Under the pieces are notes generated by a model. That model did no database searches. It worked only from the letters and a program-made list of their open reading frames with translations, and was not told the origin of the DNA. This document shows, piece after piece, positions 18,402-26,495 of a stretch of DNA of 64,000 bases. A program made the position numbers and the translations under genes. This DNA comes from Candidatus Moraniibacteriota bacterium. GTDB lineage: Bacteria > Patescibacteriota > Minisyncoccia > Moranbacterales > UBA1568. Every line of letters starts with the position of its first letter. Position 1 is the stretch's first letter. The stretch lies in assembly GCA_963743885.1 (NCBI GenBank), contig CAVURJ010000001.1:355173-419172 (forward strand), given 5' to 3'.

Positions 18402-18741
18402 GTGCGGGGTTTCATTTTTTCAATTTCTTACATTTTGATATACTGAAACTGGTAGTAGGCGAATCTGGAGGTGATTACGGTTGCTTCCGGCCGAATCCAG
18501 TATCCATACATCGAGAATATCTTCGGACTACGGTTCAGGGTAGGGTGATGTATGCAGACACTTCATCCTTCGATAAGACTCAGGATGACCCCGAGTTTGT
18601 CGATGGGTCAAAAATGAAGATACTTGGTATAGGGCACTATGGCATTTGAGATGCCGAATCCGATTCAATTCCGAGAGTTCGTCTCTGCCTAGTCGGCGGA
18701 TGAAGAATCAAGGAATGGTGGCATGGGCGGTGCCTTATACG

Positions 18742-18839
18742 ATGCGGCCTTCAATCGGTGGAACGACAAGCGTAACGTGAACGTCAACCGGAACGACAAC
18801 GACTGGAATGACAACTGGTGGTTCGCTGGCCTGCGCAAC
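18742..18839 (+). repeat. DGR template repeat (TR), about 96 bp, adenine-rich (many AAC codons)
   Basis: same orientation as the VR; noncoding although ORF finders call 18723..19040; abuts the 3' end of the avd-like gene on the opposite strand. Confidence 0.85.
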
Positions 18840-18844
18840 TCTCT

Positions 18845-19243
18845 TCATTTCTCTCCCTTCCTTGTGTTGGGAGAGTTTTGTTTCAAGAGTTGTCCGTTCC
18901 AGCCGCCGAGCATCCGCCCGATTTCGTCGATCTTTTCGGAAAGTGCGATATACTTCTTGGTATCGACCGATTTCGTTTCCCAGAGGACGAGCAGGAGAAC
19001 TTTGAGTGTGTCGACTTTTCGTATCGCATGGCGGACATAGGGCATCTTTTCCTGCGGCGAGAGGAAAGCGGCTGCCGAGACGCATTCGATGCACTCTATG
19101 AAAATATGATCGATTCGTTGGCCGAGAGAATAGCGATGCGTCTTGGGAAGCGAAGAAAGAATATTGTACCAGAATAAATAAGCATCCTTTATCTTATGCA
19201 AGACAGGCACAAGTCTGGGGGGGGTAACTCCAGGAAGCATCAT
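18845..19243 (-). CDS. avd: DGR accessory variability determinant (Avd), four-helix-bundle protein (23S rRNA-intervening-sequence protein family)
   Basis: 132 aa; pattern Y..L....Y.IL..LPKTHRYSLG.RI....I...E....A...............K.....LL.L...........S.KIDEIGRMLGGW matches Bordetella phage bAvd and other DGR Avd proteins. Confidence 0.8.
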   Translation of the reverse strand: MMLPGVTPPRLVPVLHKIKDAYLFWYNILSSLPKTHRYSLGQRIDHIFIECIECVSAAAFLSPQEKMPYVRHAIRKVDTLKVLLLVLWETKSVDTKKYIALSEKIDEIGRMLGGWNGQLLKQNSPNTRKGEK

Positions 19244-20347
19244 AGCAAAACAAAAAAGAAATTAGCGGCTGCCTATGATGATATCATATCTCTTGAGAAT
19301 CTTCTCGATGCCTGGAAAGAATTCCTGAAGGGGAAAAAGAACAAGCAGGATGTCCAGGCATTCGAAGCGCGTCTCATGGACAACCTCTTCTCGCTCCATG
19401 AAGACCTGAAGCACAAAACCTACGAGCACGGTGGCTATCAGGCTTTCAAGATAAGTGACCCGAAGCCGCGCGATATCCACAAAGCCTCGGTACGTGACCG
19501 GCTCATCCATCACGCCATCTACCGAATCCTCTATCCGTTCTTCGATACGCTCTTTATCGCCGATTCATATTCTTGCCGCGAAGAGAAAGGCACACACCGG
19601 GCACTTGATCGTTTCCAGGCCTTCGCTCGGAAAGTCTCGTGCAATCACACAAAGACCGCCTGGGTGCTCAAGTGTGATATCCGGAAGTTTTTCGCGTCGA
19701 TTGATCAGGATATTCTACTTAGTATCTTACAGGAGCGGATACCGGACCGGGACATACTGTGGCTTTTGGAGAAAGTGATAGGAAGTTTTTCCTCTACCTG
19801 TTGTCATCCCGGGCTCCCGCCCGTACCGAACCGGTGCGTTCGGGCGGGTGACCCGGGATCCAGAGGGGATGGATTCCGGCTCGGGGGCCGGAATGACAGA
19901 GAAGAGGATTCTATGAGAAAAAATGGGCTCCCACTTGGCAACCTCACTTCGCAGCTTCTCGTGAATATCTACATGAACGAATTCGACCAGTTCGTGAAGC
20001 ATCGCCTGAAAGCGAAATACTCTATACGTTACGCAGATGATTTTGTCTTGTTTTCAAGAAACCACGAAGAGCTTGATGGCTGGCTTATCCTCATCACGGA
20101 GTTCCTTTGGGAACAGCTTCATCTGAAGCTCCACCCAAACAAGGTCTCTATCCAGACAGTCGCTTCGGGTGTGGACTTCCTTGGGTGGACACATTTTCCT
20201 GATCATCGGGTGCTCCGAGGAGCGACGAAGCGGAGGATGTTCCGGAAAGCGAGTGAGAAGAATGTCGCTTCATATATTGGATTGCTCTCGCATGGGAATG
20301 GGTACCGACTCCAAAAGATGTTGGCAGAGCGTTTTGGTGTGGAGTGA
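19196..20347 (+). CDS. DGR reverse transcriptase
   Basis: VRDRLIHHAIYRIL...FIADSYSCREEKGTHRALDRFQ is nearly collinear with Bordetella bRT; YADDFVLF catalytic motif; LGNLTSQ motif 4 (the I/LGxxxSQ DGR signature); ATG start overlaps the divergent avd start by about 48 nt. Confidence 0.9.
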   Translation: MQDRHKSGGGNSRKHHSKTKKKLAAAYDDIISLENLLDAWKEFLKGKKNKQDVQAFEARLMDNLFSLHEDLKHKTYEHGGYQAFKISDPKPRDIHKASVRDRLIHHAIYRILYPFFDTLFIADSYSCREEKGTHRALDRFQAFARKVSCNHTKTAWVLKCDIRKFFASIDQDILLSILQERIPDRDILWLLEKVIGSFSSTCCHPGLPPVPNRCVRAGDPGSRGDGFRLGGRNDREEDSMRKNGLPLGNLTSQLLVNIYMNEFDQFVKHRLKAKYSIRYADDFVLFSRNHEELDGWLILITEFLWEQLHLKLHPNKVSIQTVASGVDFLGWTHFPDHRVLRGATKRRMFRKASEKNVASYIGLLSHGNGYRLQKMLAERFGVE

Positions 20348-20421
20348 TGCAAAGGTACTGAAACAGTACGCGCGCTTTACAGCGACGTAAAAACGTGCTA
20401 TACTGATAGGGTAGTGGAAAG

Positions 20422-20460
20422 GCGGGTGGTCTCGGAAACGGGACGCCCGCTTTTCTTTTT
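20422..20460 (+). terminator. hairpin plus T-rich tract downstream of the RT
   Basis: gcgggtggtctcggaaacgggacgcccgc followed by ttttcttttt, then a second long imperfect hairpin at 20461..20538. Confidence 0.45.
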
Positions 20461-20703
20461 CCGGGAGAGAAAGCCTGCTTTTTGAGGTACTGCGGCGCAG
20501 TTTCTGTGTTACGCGGCCCAGCGAGGCTTTTCTCCCGGGGGAAGAAACAGGTCCTTTAAAAACAAAAATCAAAAACAAAAAGCCCTGCTTTTTACAAAGC
20601 AAGACATGATTCCCTGTCTTGACCGCCTTCTTCACGGCGAAAAATCGAACAGACCGCTTCTGAAAAAACCTTTTCACAAGCGGTTTTTTCATTTATTCCC
20701 ATA

Positions 20704-20732
20704 TTGATTTATAGGCTGTTTTCGGCTATGAT
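20704..20732 (+). promoter_or_regulatory. sigma70-like promoter TTGATT-17-TATGAT upstream of murA
   Basis: spacing and hexamers fit the consensus; 30 nt upstream of the ATG. Confidence 0.5.
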
Positions 20733-20761
20733 GCCAGGGTACATCCGGTAATACATCTGTC

Positions 20762-22024
20762 ATGGAAGTATTCGAAATCGAGGGAGGAAAGCGGCTGAAA
20801 GGCGAGATATCTGTCTCGGGATCCAAGAACGCGACAACGCCGATTCTCGCTGCGACGCTTCTCACTCAGGAAATTTGCGTACTCTCAAATCTACCCCTCA
20901 TCGAGGACGTGTTCCGCATGCTCGAAATCCTCGAGAGCATGGGAGCGGTCATCGAATGGCGTGGCAAGCGGACGGTCGCTATCACGGCGAAGGATATCGA
21001 TCCGAAGAAGATGGATGTCGAGAAAGTGAAGCAGATCCGTTCCTCGATTCTCTTGCTTGGTTCACTCTCGGCCCGTTTTGATCGGTTCTCGCTCTATCAT
21101 CCCGGCGGTTGTGTGATTGGCGCCCGTCCGGTCGGGACGCATTTTGATGCGCTTCGGAAGCTCGGCGTGAAGATTGCCGCGAAGGGGAAAGCATACCAGC
21201 TGGATGCATCCGGCCGCCATGCAGATACCGTCGTGCTCCGCGAGATGTCGGTGACAGCGACGGAGAATGCCATGATGCTCGCTGCCGGGTGTCCCGGGAA
21301 GACGGTCATCAAGATCGCTGCATCCGAGCCTCACGTCGAGGATCTCGGCCGTTTTCTTATCTCGATGGGTGCGAAGATCAATGGCTTGGGGACTCATACG
21401 CTTACGATCACCGGTACGAAGAAGCTTCGTGGTGGGAAGCATCGGATCATCCCGGATGCCAATGAGGCAGCGACGTTCCTTATCCTCGGTGCAGCGACTG
21501 GTAGCCCGATCACAGTGAAGGGCGCACGCGAAGAACATCTCGACCTTGTGCTCGAGAAGCTCCGTGAGTTCGGCGCTGATTTTTCCATAAAGAAGGATGC
21601 TATCACTGTGGTGCCGGCGAGGCGGCTTCGAGCGGTTGCCAAAGTGGACACGCGGACCTATCCGGGCATCCCGACGGATGTGCAGGCGCCATTCGGAGTG
21701 TTGGCAACGCAGGCGGAGGGTGAGACGCTCATCCACGACTCGCTGTTCGAAGGGCGGTTCAATTATGTCTCTGAGATTGAGAAGATGGGTGGCCAGGCAT
21801 CAGTGCTCAATCCGCACCAGGTAGTAGTGCATGGCAGGACGAAGCTCCATGGCACCGTGATCAAGAGCTATGACCTCCGAGCTGGTGCGGCGCTCATCAT
21901 CGCGGCGCTTTCGGCTTCCGGCAAGACGGTCATTGAGGATATCTACCAGGTGGATCGCGGGTATGAGCGGATAGAGGAACGGCTTGCGAAGATCGGTGCC
22001 CGGATCAAAAGAATCACCGTATGA
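20762..22024 (+). CDS. murA: UDP-N-acetylglucosamine 1-carboxyvinyltransferase
   Basis: 420 aa; EPSP-synthase-like fold signatures; MurA N-terminus (EIEGGKRLKGEISVSGSKNA). Confidence 0.93.
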   Translation: MEVFEIEGGKRLKGEISVSGSKNATTPILAATLLTQEICVLSNLPLIEDVFRMLEILESMGAVIEWRGKRTVAITAKDIDPKKMDVEKVKQIRSSILLLGSLSARFDRFSLYHPGGCVIGARPVGTHFDALRKLGVKIAAKGKAYQLDASGRHADTVVLREMSVTATENAMMLAAGCPGKTVIKIAASEPHVEDLGRFLISMGAKINGLGTHTLTITGTKKLRGGKHRIIPDANEAATFLILGAATGSPITVKGAREEHLDLVLEKLREFGADFSIKKDAITVVPARRLRAVAKVDTRTYPGIPTDVQAPFGVLATQAEGETLIHDSLFEGRFNYVSEIEKMGGQASVLNPHQVVVHGRTKLHGTVIKSYDLRAGAALIIAALSASGKTVIEDIYQVDRGYERIEERLAKIGARIKRITV

Positions 22025-23037
22025 AACCAGTATTCCTCCGAAAAATAGGCATCGATCTTGGTACGGCGAATACGCTCGTGTTTGTGCCGGGGAAGGGCGT
22101 CGTGATCAACGAACCTTCTGTCGTGGCGATATCGCTCTTGGAAAACAAGGTCATCGCGGTTGGTAATGAGGCCAAGGAGATGCTTGGCCGCACGCCGGAT
22201 ACAATCGTCGCGAGCCAGCCTTTGAAGGACGGTGCTATCGCGGACTATCGCATTACCGAGGCGATGCTCAAGTATTTCTTGAACCGTGTCGGCGGACGCA
22301 TCCGCTTTTTTCGCCCGGAGGTTGTGCTGTCTATTCCGGCTGGTATCACGTCGACCGAGCGCCGCGCGGTCATTGATGCCGCGCTCAAGGCGGGTGCCAA
22401 GGCGGCGTATGTCGTGAAGGAGCCAATCCTGGCAGCGATTGGTGCCGGTATCCCGATCCATACGGCACAGGGCAATATGATTATCAATATCGGCGGCGGT
22501 ACATCTGAGATTGCTATCATCAGTCTTGGTGGCGTGGTGGCGGCGCACAGCGCGCGCGTCGGCGGCAACCGTATTGATCAGGCCATCTCCGACTATATCA
22601 AGCGCAAGTACAGCCTGGCGATCGGTGATCGGACGGCTGAGGAGGTCAAGATCAAGATCGGATCGGCCATCGCCCAGGTGAAGGAGGATCATATGGAGGT
22701 GCGCGGCCGCGACCTGATGGGCGGATTGCCGAAGACGGTCTCTATCTCGTCGAATGAGGTGACCGAAGCGATTCAGGATGAGCTCCGTGAGATCATCAAT
22801 GTCATCAAGCAGGTGCTCCAGGAGACGCCGCCGGAGCTCGCGGCCGATATTATGGATAAGGGCATGGTGCTTTCGGGCGGCACAGCGCAACTCCGTTATC
22901 TCGACCAGCTCATCTCGAAGACGATCAATGTGCCGTGCTATGTCGCGGATGATCCGGCTTTCTGTGTGGTCAAGGGGACGGGCATCGTGCTCGAGAATCT
23001 CGAAGTCTACAAGAGGAGTATCATGTTAGCAAAATAG
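22021..23037 (+). CDS. mreB: rod shape-determining protein MreB
   Basis: IGIDLGTANTLVFV actin-fold phosphate-1 motif and MreB-wide similarity; 4-nt overlap with murA. Confidence 0.93.
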   Translation: MKPVFLRKIGIDLGTANTLVFVPGKGVVINEPSVVAISLLENKVIAVGNEAKEMLGRTPDTIVASQPLKDGAIADYRITEAMLKYFLNRVGGRIRFFRPEVVLSIPAGITSTERRAVIDAALKAGAKAAYVVKEPILAAIGAGIPIHTAQGNMIINIGGGTSEIAIISLGGVVAAHSARVGGNRIDQAISDYIKRKYSLAIGDRTAEEVKIKIGSAIAQVKEDHMEVRGRDLMGGLPKTVSISSNEVTEAIQDELREIINVIKQVLQETPPELAADIMDKGMVLSGGTAQLRYLDQLISKTINVPCYVADDPAFCVVKGTGIVLENLEVYKRSIMLAK

Positions 23038-23039
23038 AT

Positions 23040-23170
23040 TTTGCTAACAAATTCCAAAGCTCAAAATCACAAATCCCAAATAAATTTCAAATGACAAAAT
23101 TCGAATGTTCGAAATGTCTTGGATTTTGATATTGAGTTTTTGAATTTATTTGGAGCTTGCGATTTTGAAT
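23040..23170. repeat. AT-rich imperfect palindromic intergenic element, copy E2
   Basis: left arm ccaaagctcaaaatcacaaatcccaaataaattt and right arm aatttatttggagcttgcgattttgaatttt are near reverse-complements; homologous to 7715..7858. Confidence 0.6.
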
Positions 23171-23171
23171 T

Positions 23172-24305
23172 TTGAATTTTATGCTCATCGGTATTGATGC
23201 TTCGCGGGCGTTTCTCAAGCGGCGGACAGGCATCGAGGAATACGCGTATCAGACGATCAAACATTTGCGGACGGCTATCCCGGTGACGGATAGTGTTGTT
23301 TTATATGTTCGAAAAAAATTGGAAATTGGTCCGCCGGCTGGCGGATGGAAATTGGAAATTCGCACGCCAGAGATAGACTTTGAATTACCGAAAAACTGGC
23401 ACGTGCGCGCCTTATGGGCTCCTCGTTTTTGGACACAAGTAGGGCTTTCACTTGAGATGCTTCTCCGGCGCCCGGATGTTCTTTTTGTGCCAGCCCATAC
23501 GGTTCCAATCATCCACCCGAAAAAGACTATCGTGACGGTCCATGGCCTGGAATACGAATTCTGTCCCGAAGCGTATCCGTTTCTTGCACGTCTCTATATG
23601 CGCTTTTTCATCCGGCACTCATGTCGTGTGGCGAGTACGGTAATCTGTGTATCGGAGAATACCAAGAGGGATGTGATGCGGCTTTATGGTACGCCGGAAG
23701 AAAAAATACGGGTGGTGTATGAAGGTTTTGAAAGAATCAAGAATCAAGAATCAAGAATCAAGAACGGAATTCAAAAACCGTATTTGTTATTCATCGGCAG
23801 GCTTGAGGAGAGAAAAAATCTCAAGAGAATCATAGAGGCTTTTGAAATTTTGAAAAAGTGGCACGGCATCCCGCATGATTTGATGCTTGTCGGGAAACCC
23901 GGATATGGGTATGGGGGCATAAAATCCTTGATTCTCAATTCTCAATTCTCAATTCATCTCAAAGAGCTGGGATATGTAAGCGAGGAAGAGAAGTGGAGTC
24001 TCTTGGCAAATGCTGATGTATTCCTTTTCCCGACGCTCTATGAGGGATTCGGTATCCCGGTACTCGAAGCACAAGCGGCTGGTGCGCCGGTCGTCGCGTC
24101 GAATACGTCTTCTTTGCCCGAGGTGGGCGGTGAGGGGGCGGTCTACGCTGATCCTTTGAGTGCGGAAAGCATCGCGGAAGCTATCCAGAAGCTCCTTTCG
24201 GACGAAGCCTTTCGAGATGATATAATAAGGAAAGGTTTGGAAAACGTGAAGCGTTTCAGTTGGCATGGATGTGCAGGTGAGATTGCGAGCTTATTGAGGA
24301 AGTAA
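23172..24305 (+). CDS. family-4 (GT-B) glycosyltransferase; contains two heptanucleotide tandem-repeat tracts
   Basis: C-terminal EGFGIPVLEA...G.PVVAS GT4 motif; (gaatcaa)x4 at 23734..23761 and (attctca)x3-4 at 23931..23958 lie inside the CDS. Confidence 0.85.
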   Translation: MNFMLIGIDASRAFLKRRTGIEEYAYQTIKHLRTAIPVTDSVVLYVRKKLEIGPPAGGWKLEIRTPEIDFELPKNWHVRALWAPRFWTQVGLSLEMLLRRPDVLFVPAHTVPIIHPKKTIVTVHGLEYEFCPEAYPFLARLYMRFFIRHSCRVASTVICVSENTKRDVMRLYGTPEEKIRVVYEGFERIKNQESRIKNGIQKPYLLFIGRLEERKNLKRIIEAFEILKKWHGIPHDLMLVGKPGYGYGGIKSLILNSQFSIHLKELGYVSEEEKWSLLANADVFLFPTLYEGFGIPVLEAQAAGAPVVASNTSSLPEVGGEGAVYADPLSAESIAEAIQKLLSDEAFRDDIIRKGLENVKRFSWHGCAGEIASLLRK

Positions 24306-24404
24306 CTGGTAATCAGTAACTAGGGAGAAGAGATTGGCGGGCTTTCCTGGTTACCAGTTACGAGTTACTAATTACGTTGTATAGATTTTTATTTTGAAAA
24401 TCAG

Positions 24405-25544
24405 ATGTTAGATACAATGAAGTCAAAAAAAATCGCATTAGTTCATGATTTTCTTGTTTCGTACGGCGGGGCGGAGCGGGTGTTTCAGACGATCGCCGAG
24501 ATGTATCCGGAAGCGCCGATCTACACGTTGGTCGCGGACCGCGAATTGGTCGAGCGGCATTTCCCTGGCCGTGATGTCCGGGTTTCATGGTTGTCTGGGC
24601 TACCTTCGTTCCTCCGCAGGCGGTATCGCTGGTTTCTGCCGTTCTTTCCGGCAGCGGTCGAGGCGTTCGATTTGCGCGATTTCGATCTCGTCATCTCATC
24701 ATCCGGTGCTTGGGGGAAGGGTATCGTCACTCGGCTTAATACGAAGCATATCGCGTACCTGCATTCGCCTATGCGCTATGCTTGGGACTACCACGAAGAA
24801 TACTTGAAGGAGATTGGCCGTCGGAAGCCGGGCATCTGTGTCAGACTACTGCTTTCCTATCTTCGTGTCTGGGATCGCCAGGCAGCGGACCGACCAGACT
24901 TCCTTATTGCCAATTCACGGTATACTGCTGACCGTGTCAGGAAATACTATCGCCGTGAAAGCGTGGTTATTTATCCACCGGCTTTGGGATTGGCGGAGAC
25001 GATTTCAAACGGGGCCCTTCGACAAGCTCAGGGCGACCAAAAAATAAGAGAACATTTTTTGGTCGTTTCGCGGCTGACCAGATCAAAGAAAGTCGATATT
25101 GCTATCGAGGCGTTCAATAAGCTCGGATTCCCGCTTGTCATCGTCGGCGATGGCCCGGAGCGTGCACGGCTGGCACGGATGGCTGGCACGAATATTCGTT
25201 TTGCTGGTTTTGTCTCGGATGATGAGCTTGCAAAGCTGTATCTTGGCGCACGGGCGCTCATCTTCCCGTCTGAGGAGGATTTTGGCATGACGGCCGCAGA
25301 AGCACTCTCTTTCGGGACGCCGGTCATTGCGTTCGAATACGGCGGCATCCGGGAGGTTGTTGAGCAGGGCCGGTCAGGAGAGTTGTTCGCGGCCCAGACG
25401 CCGGAGATCCTCGCCGAGGGTGTGCGGCGCTTCCTTGCGAATGAGGGGAAGTATGATGAAACACTTATGAAGGAATCGGTGGATAGATTTAGCAAAGAGC
25501 GGTTTCGGGAAGAACTCCGTGCGTTTGTAGAAAAAGTGATTTAA
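24405..25544 (+). CDS. family-4 (GT-B) glycosyltransferase
   Basis: EDFGMTAAEALSFGTPVIA GT4 signature; N-terminal ALVHDFLVSYGGAERV typical of GT1/GT4 N-domains. Confidence 0.85.
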   Translation: MLDTMKSKKIALVHDFLVSYGGAERVFQTIAEMYPEAPIYTLVADRELVERHFPGRDVRVSWLSGLPSFLRRRYRWFLPFFPAAVEAFDLRDFDLVISSSGAWGKGIVTRLNTKHIAYLHSPMRYAWDYHEEYLKEIGRRKPGICVRLLLSYLRVWDRQAADRPDFLIANSRYTADRVRKYYRRESVVIYPPALGLAETISNGALRQAQGDQKIREHFLVVSRLTRSKKVDIAIEAFNKLGFPLVIVGDGPERARLARMAGTNIRFAGFVSDDELAKLYLGARALIFPSEEDFGMTAAEALSFGTPVIAFEYGGIREVVEQGRSGELFAAQTPEILAEGVRRFLANEGKYDETLMKESVDRFSKERFREELRAFVEKVI

Positions 25545-25607
25545 GATTGATGATTGATGATTTAGGAATGAATTCATAAATCCTAATTCATAAATCCTAA
25601 ATCGTCT

Positions 25608-26495
25608 ATGTATATCATCGGCCATCAGAAACAGAGGGAGCAGCTGCGGATGGCGGCGGAGCAGGGGAATCTCGCCCAGAGTTACTTGTTTTCCGGCCCG
25701 GATAGCGTCGGCAAATCGCTCTGTGCTCTGGAGTTCGCTTGCTGTTTGGCGGGGGAGCCAGATTTCGAGCCGGAGGCTGCAAAGGAAGCACCGTTCGATG
25801 TCATGATTGTTCGACCCGAGGAGGAGACGAAGCGCGGCGTGACGAAGACGAAGAGTATCGCGGCGGAGGATATCCGCGATGCGCTCTCGTTTCTGGGAAA
25901 GTATCCGGTTGCCGGCCGGTATCGAGCGGTCATCATCCTCGATGCGCACAAGCTGTCGATTTCGGCGCAGAACGTTCTTCTGAAGACGCTTGAGGAGCCG
26001 AATACCTCGGCGGTTATCATCCTCTCGACGCATGAATCCGGAAGCCTCCTGCCGACGATCATCTCCCGCGTGCAGCATGTCCGTTTTGGGCTCGTTCCAG
26101 AAGAAGATATCCGGTCCGGTGTTTCTGATCCAGGATCTCTTCCAGGGTTCTTCTTTTCACTTGGTCGTCCAGGAGCGATCATCCGCGCGCTCGGGAATCC
26201 GGAGGCCTTCGCGGGCGACAAGGAGCTTTTGAGCGGCTTGTTCCGTCTTTCTACTCTTTCCCTTGCGGAACGGCTTGTGCTTGCTGAGAAGATGGCGGGC
26301 GATGTGCCGCGCGCTATCCGGATGCTCGAATGGTGGCTGCCAGGACTGCATGCTTCTGCACTCAAGACTACCGAATCAGGAGCGACGGCGCGCTTCTTCG
26401 CGCTGCTCGATGAGACTGAACAAATGCTCCGTCTACTCAAGACGACACAGAGCAACGCGCGTCTCCTCCTGGAGCGGCTATTCCTTTCTGTTTGA
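25608..26495 (+). CDS. holB: DNA polymerase III delta' subunit
   Basis: SYLFSGPDSVGKSLCALEFA AAA+ P-loop-like motif and delta' architecture. Confidence 0.8.
   Translation: MYIIGHQKQREQLRMAAEQGNLAQSYLFSGPDSVGKSLCALEFACCLAGEPDFEPEAAKEAPFDVMIVRPEEETKRGVTKTKSIAAEDIRDALSFLGKYPVAGRYRAVIILDAHKLSISAQNVLLKTLEEPNTSAVIILSTHESGSLLPTIISRVQHVRFGLVPEEDIRSGVSDPGSLPGFFFSLGRPGAIIRALGNPEAFAGDKELLSGLFRLSTLSLAERLVLAEKMAGDVPRAIRMLEWWLPGLHASALKTTESGATARFFALLDETEQMLRLLKTTQSNARLLLERLFLSV

Noticed and set aside
18723-19040. ORF-track CDS 18723..19040 (MGGALYDAAFNRWNDKRNVNVNRNDNDWNDNWWFAGLRN...) as a second target gene or paralog
   Set aside because: It is the DGR template repeat read as protein. The frame continues into the antisense strand of avd and has no RBS or independent N-terminal domain, so it is treated as noncoding TR.
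20270-20692. Minus-strand 140-aa ORF after the RT
   Set aside because: It lies in a hairpin-rich, terminator-like region with no RBS, has low-complexity Lys/Phe-rich sequence, and is probably noncoding.
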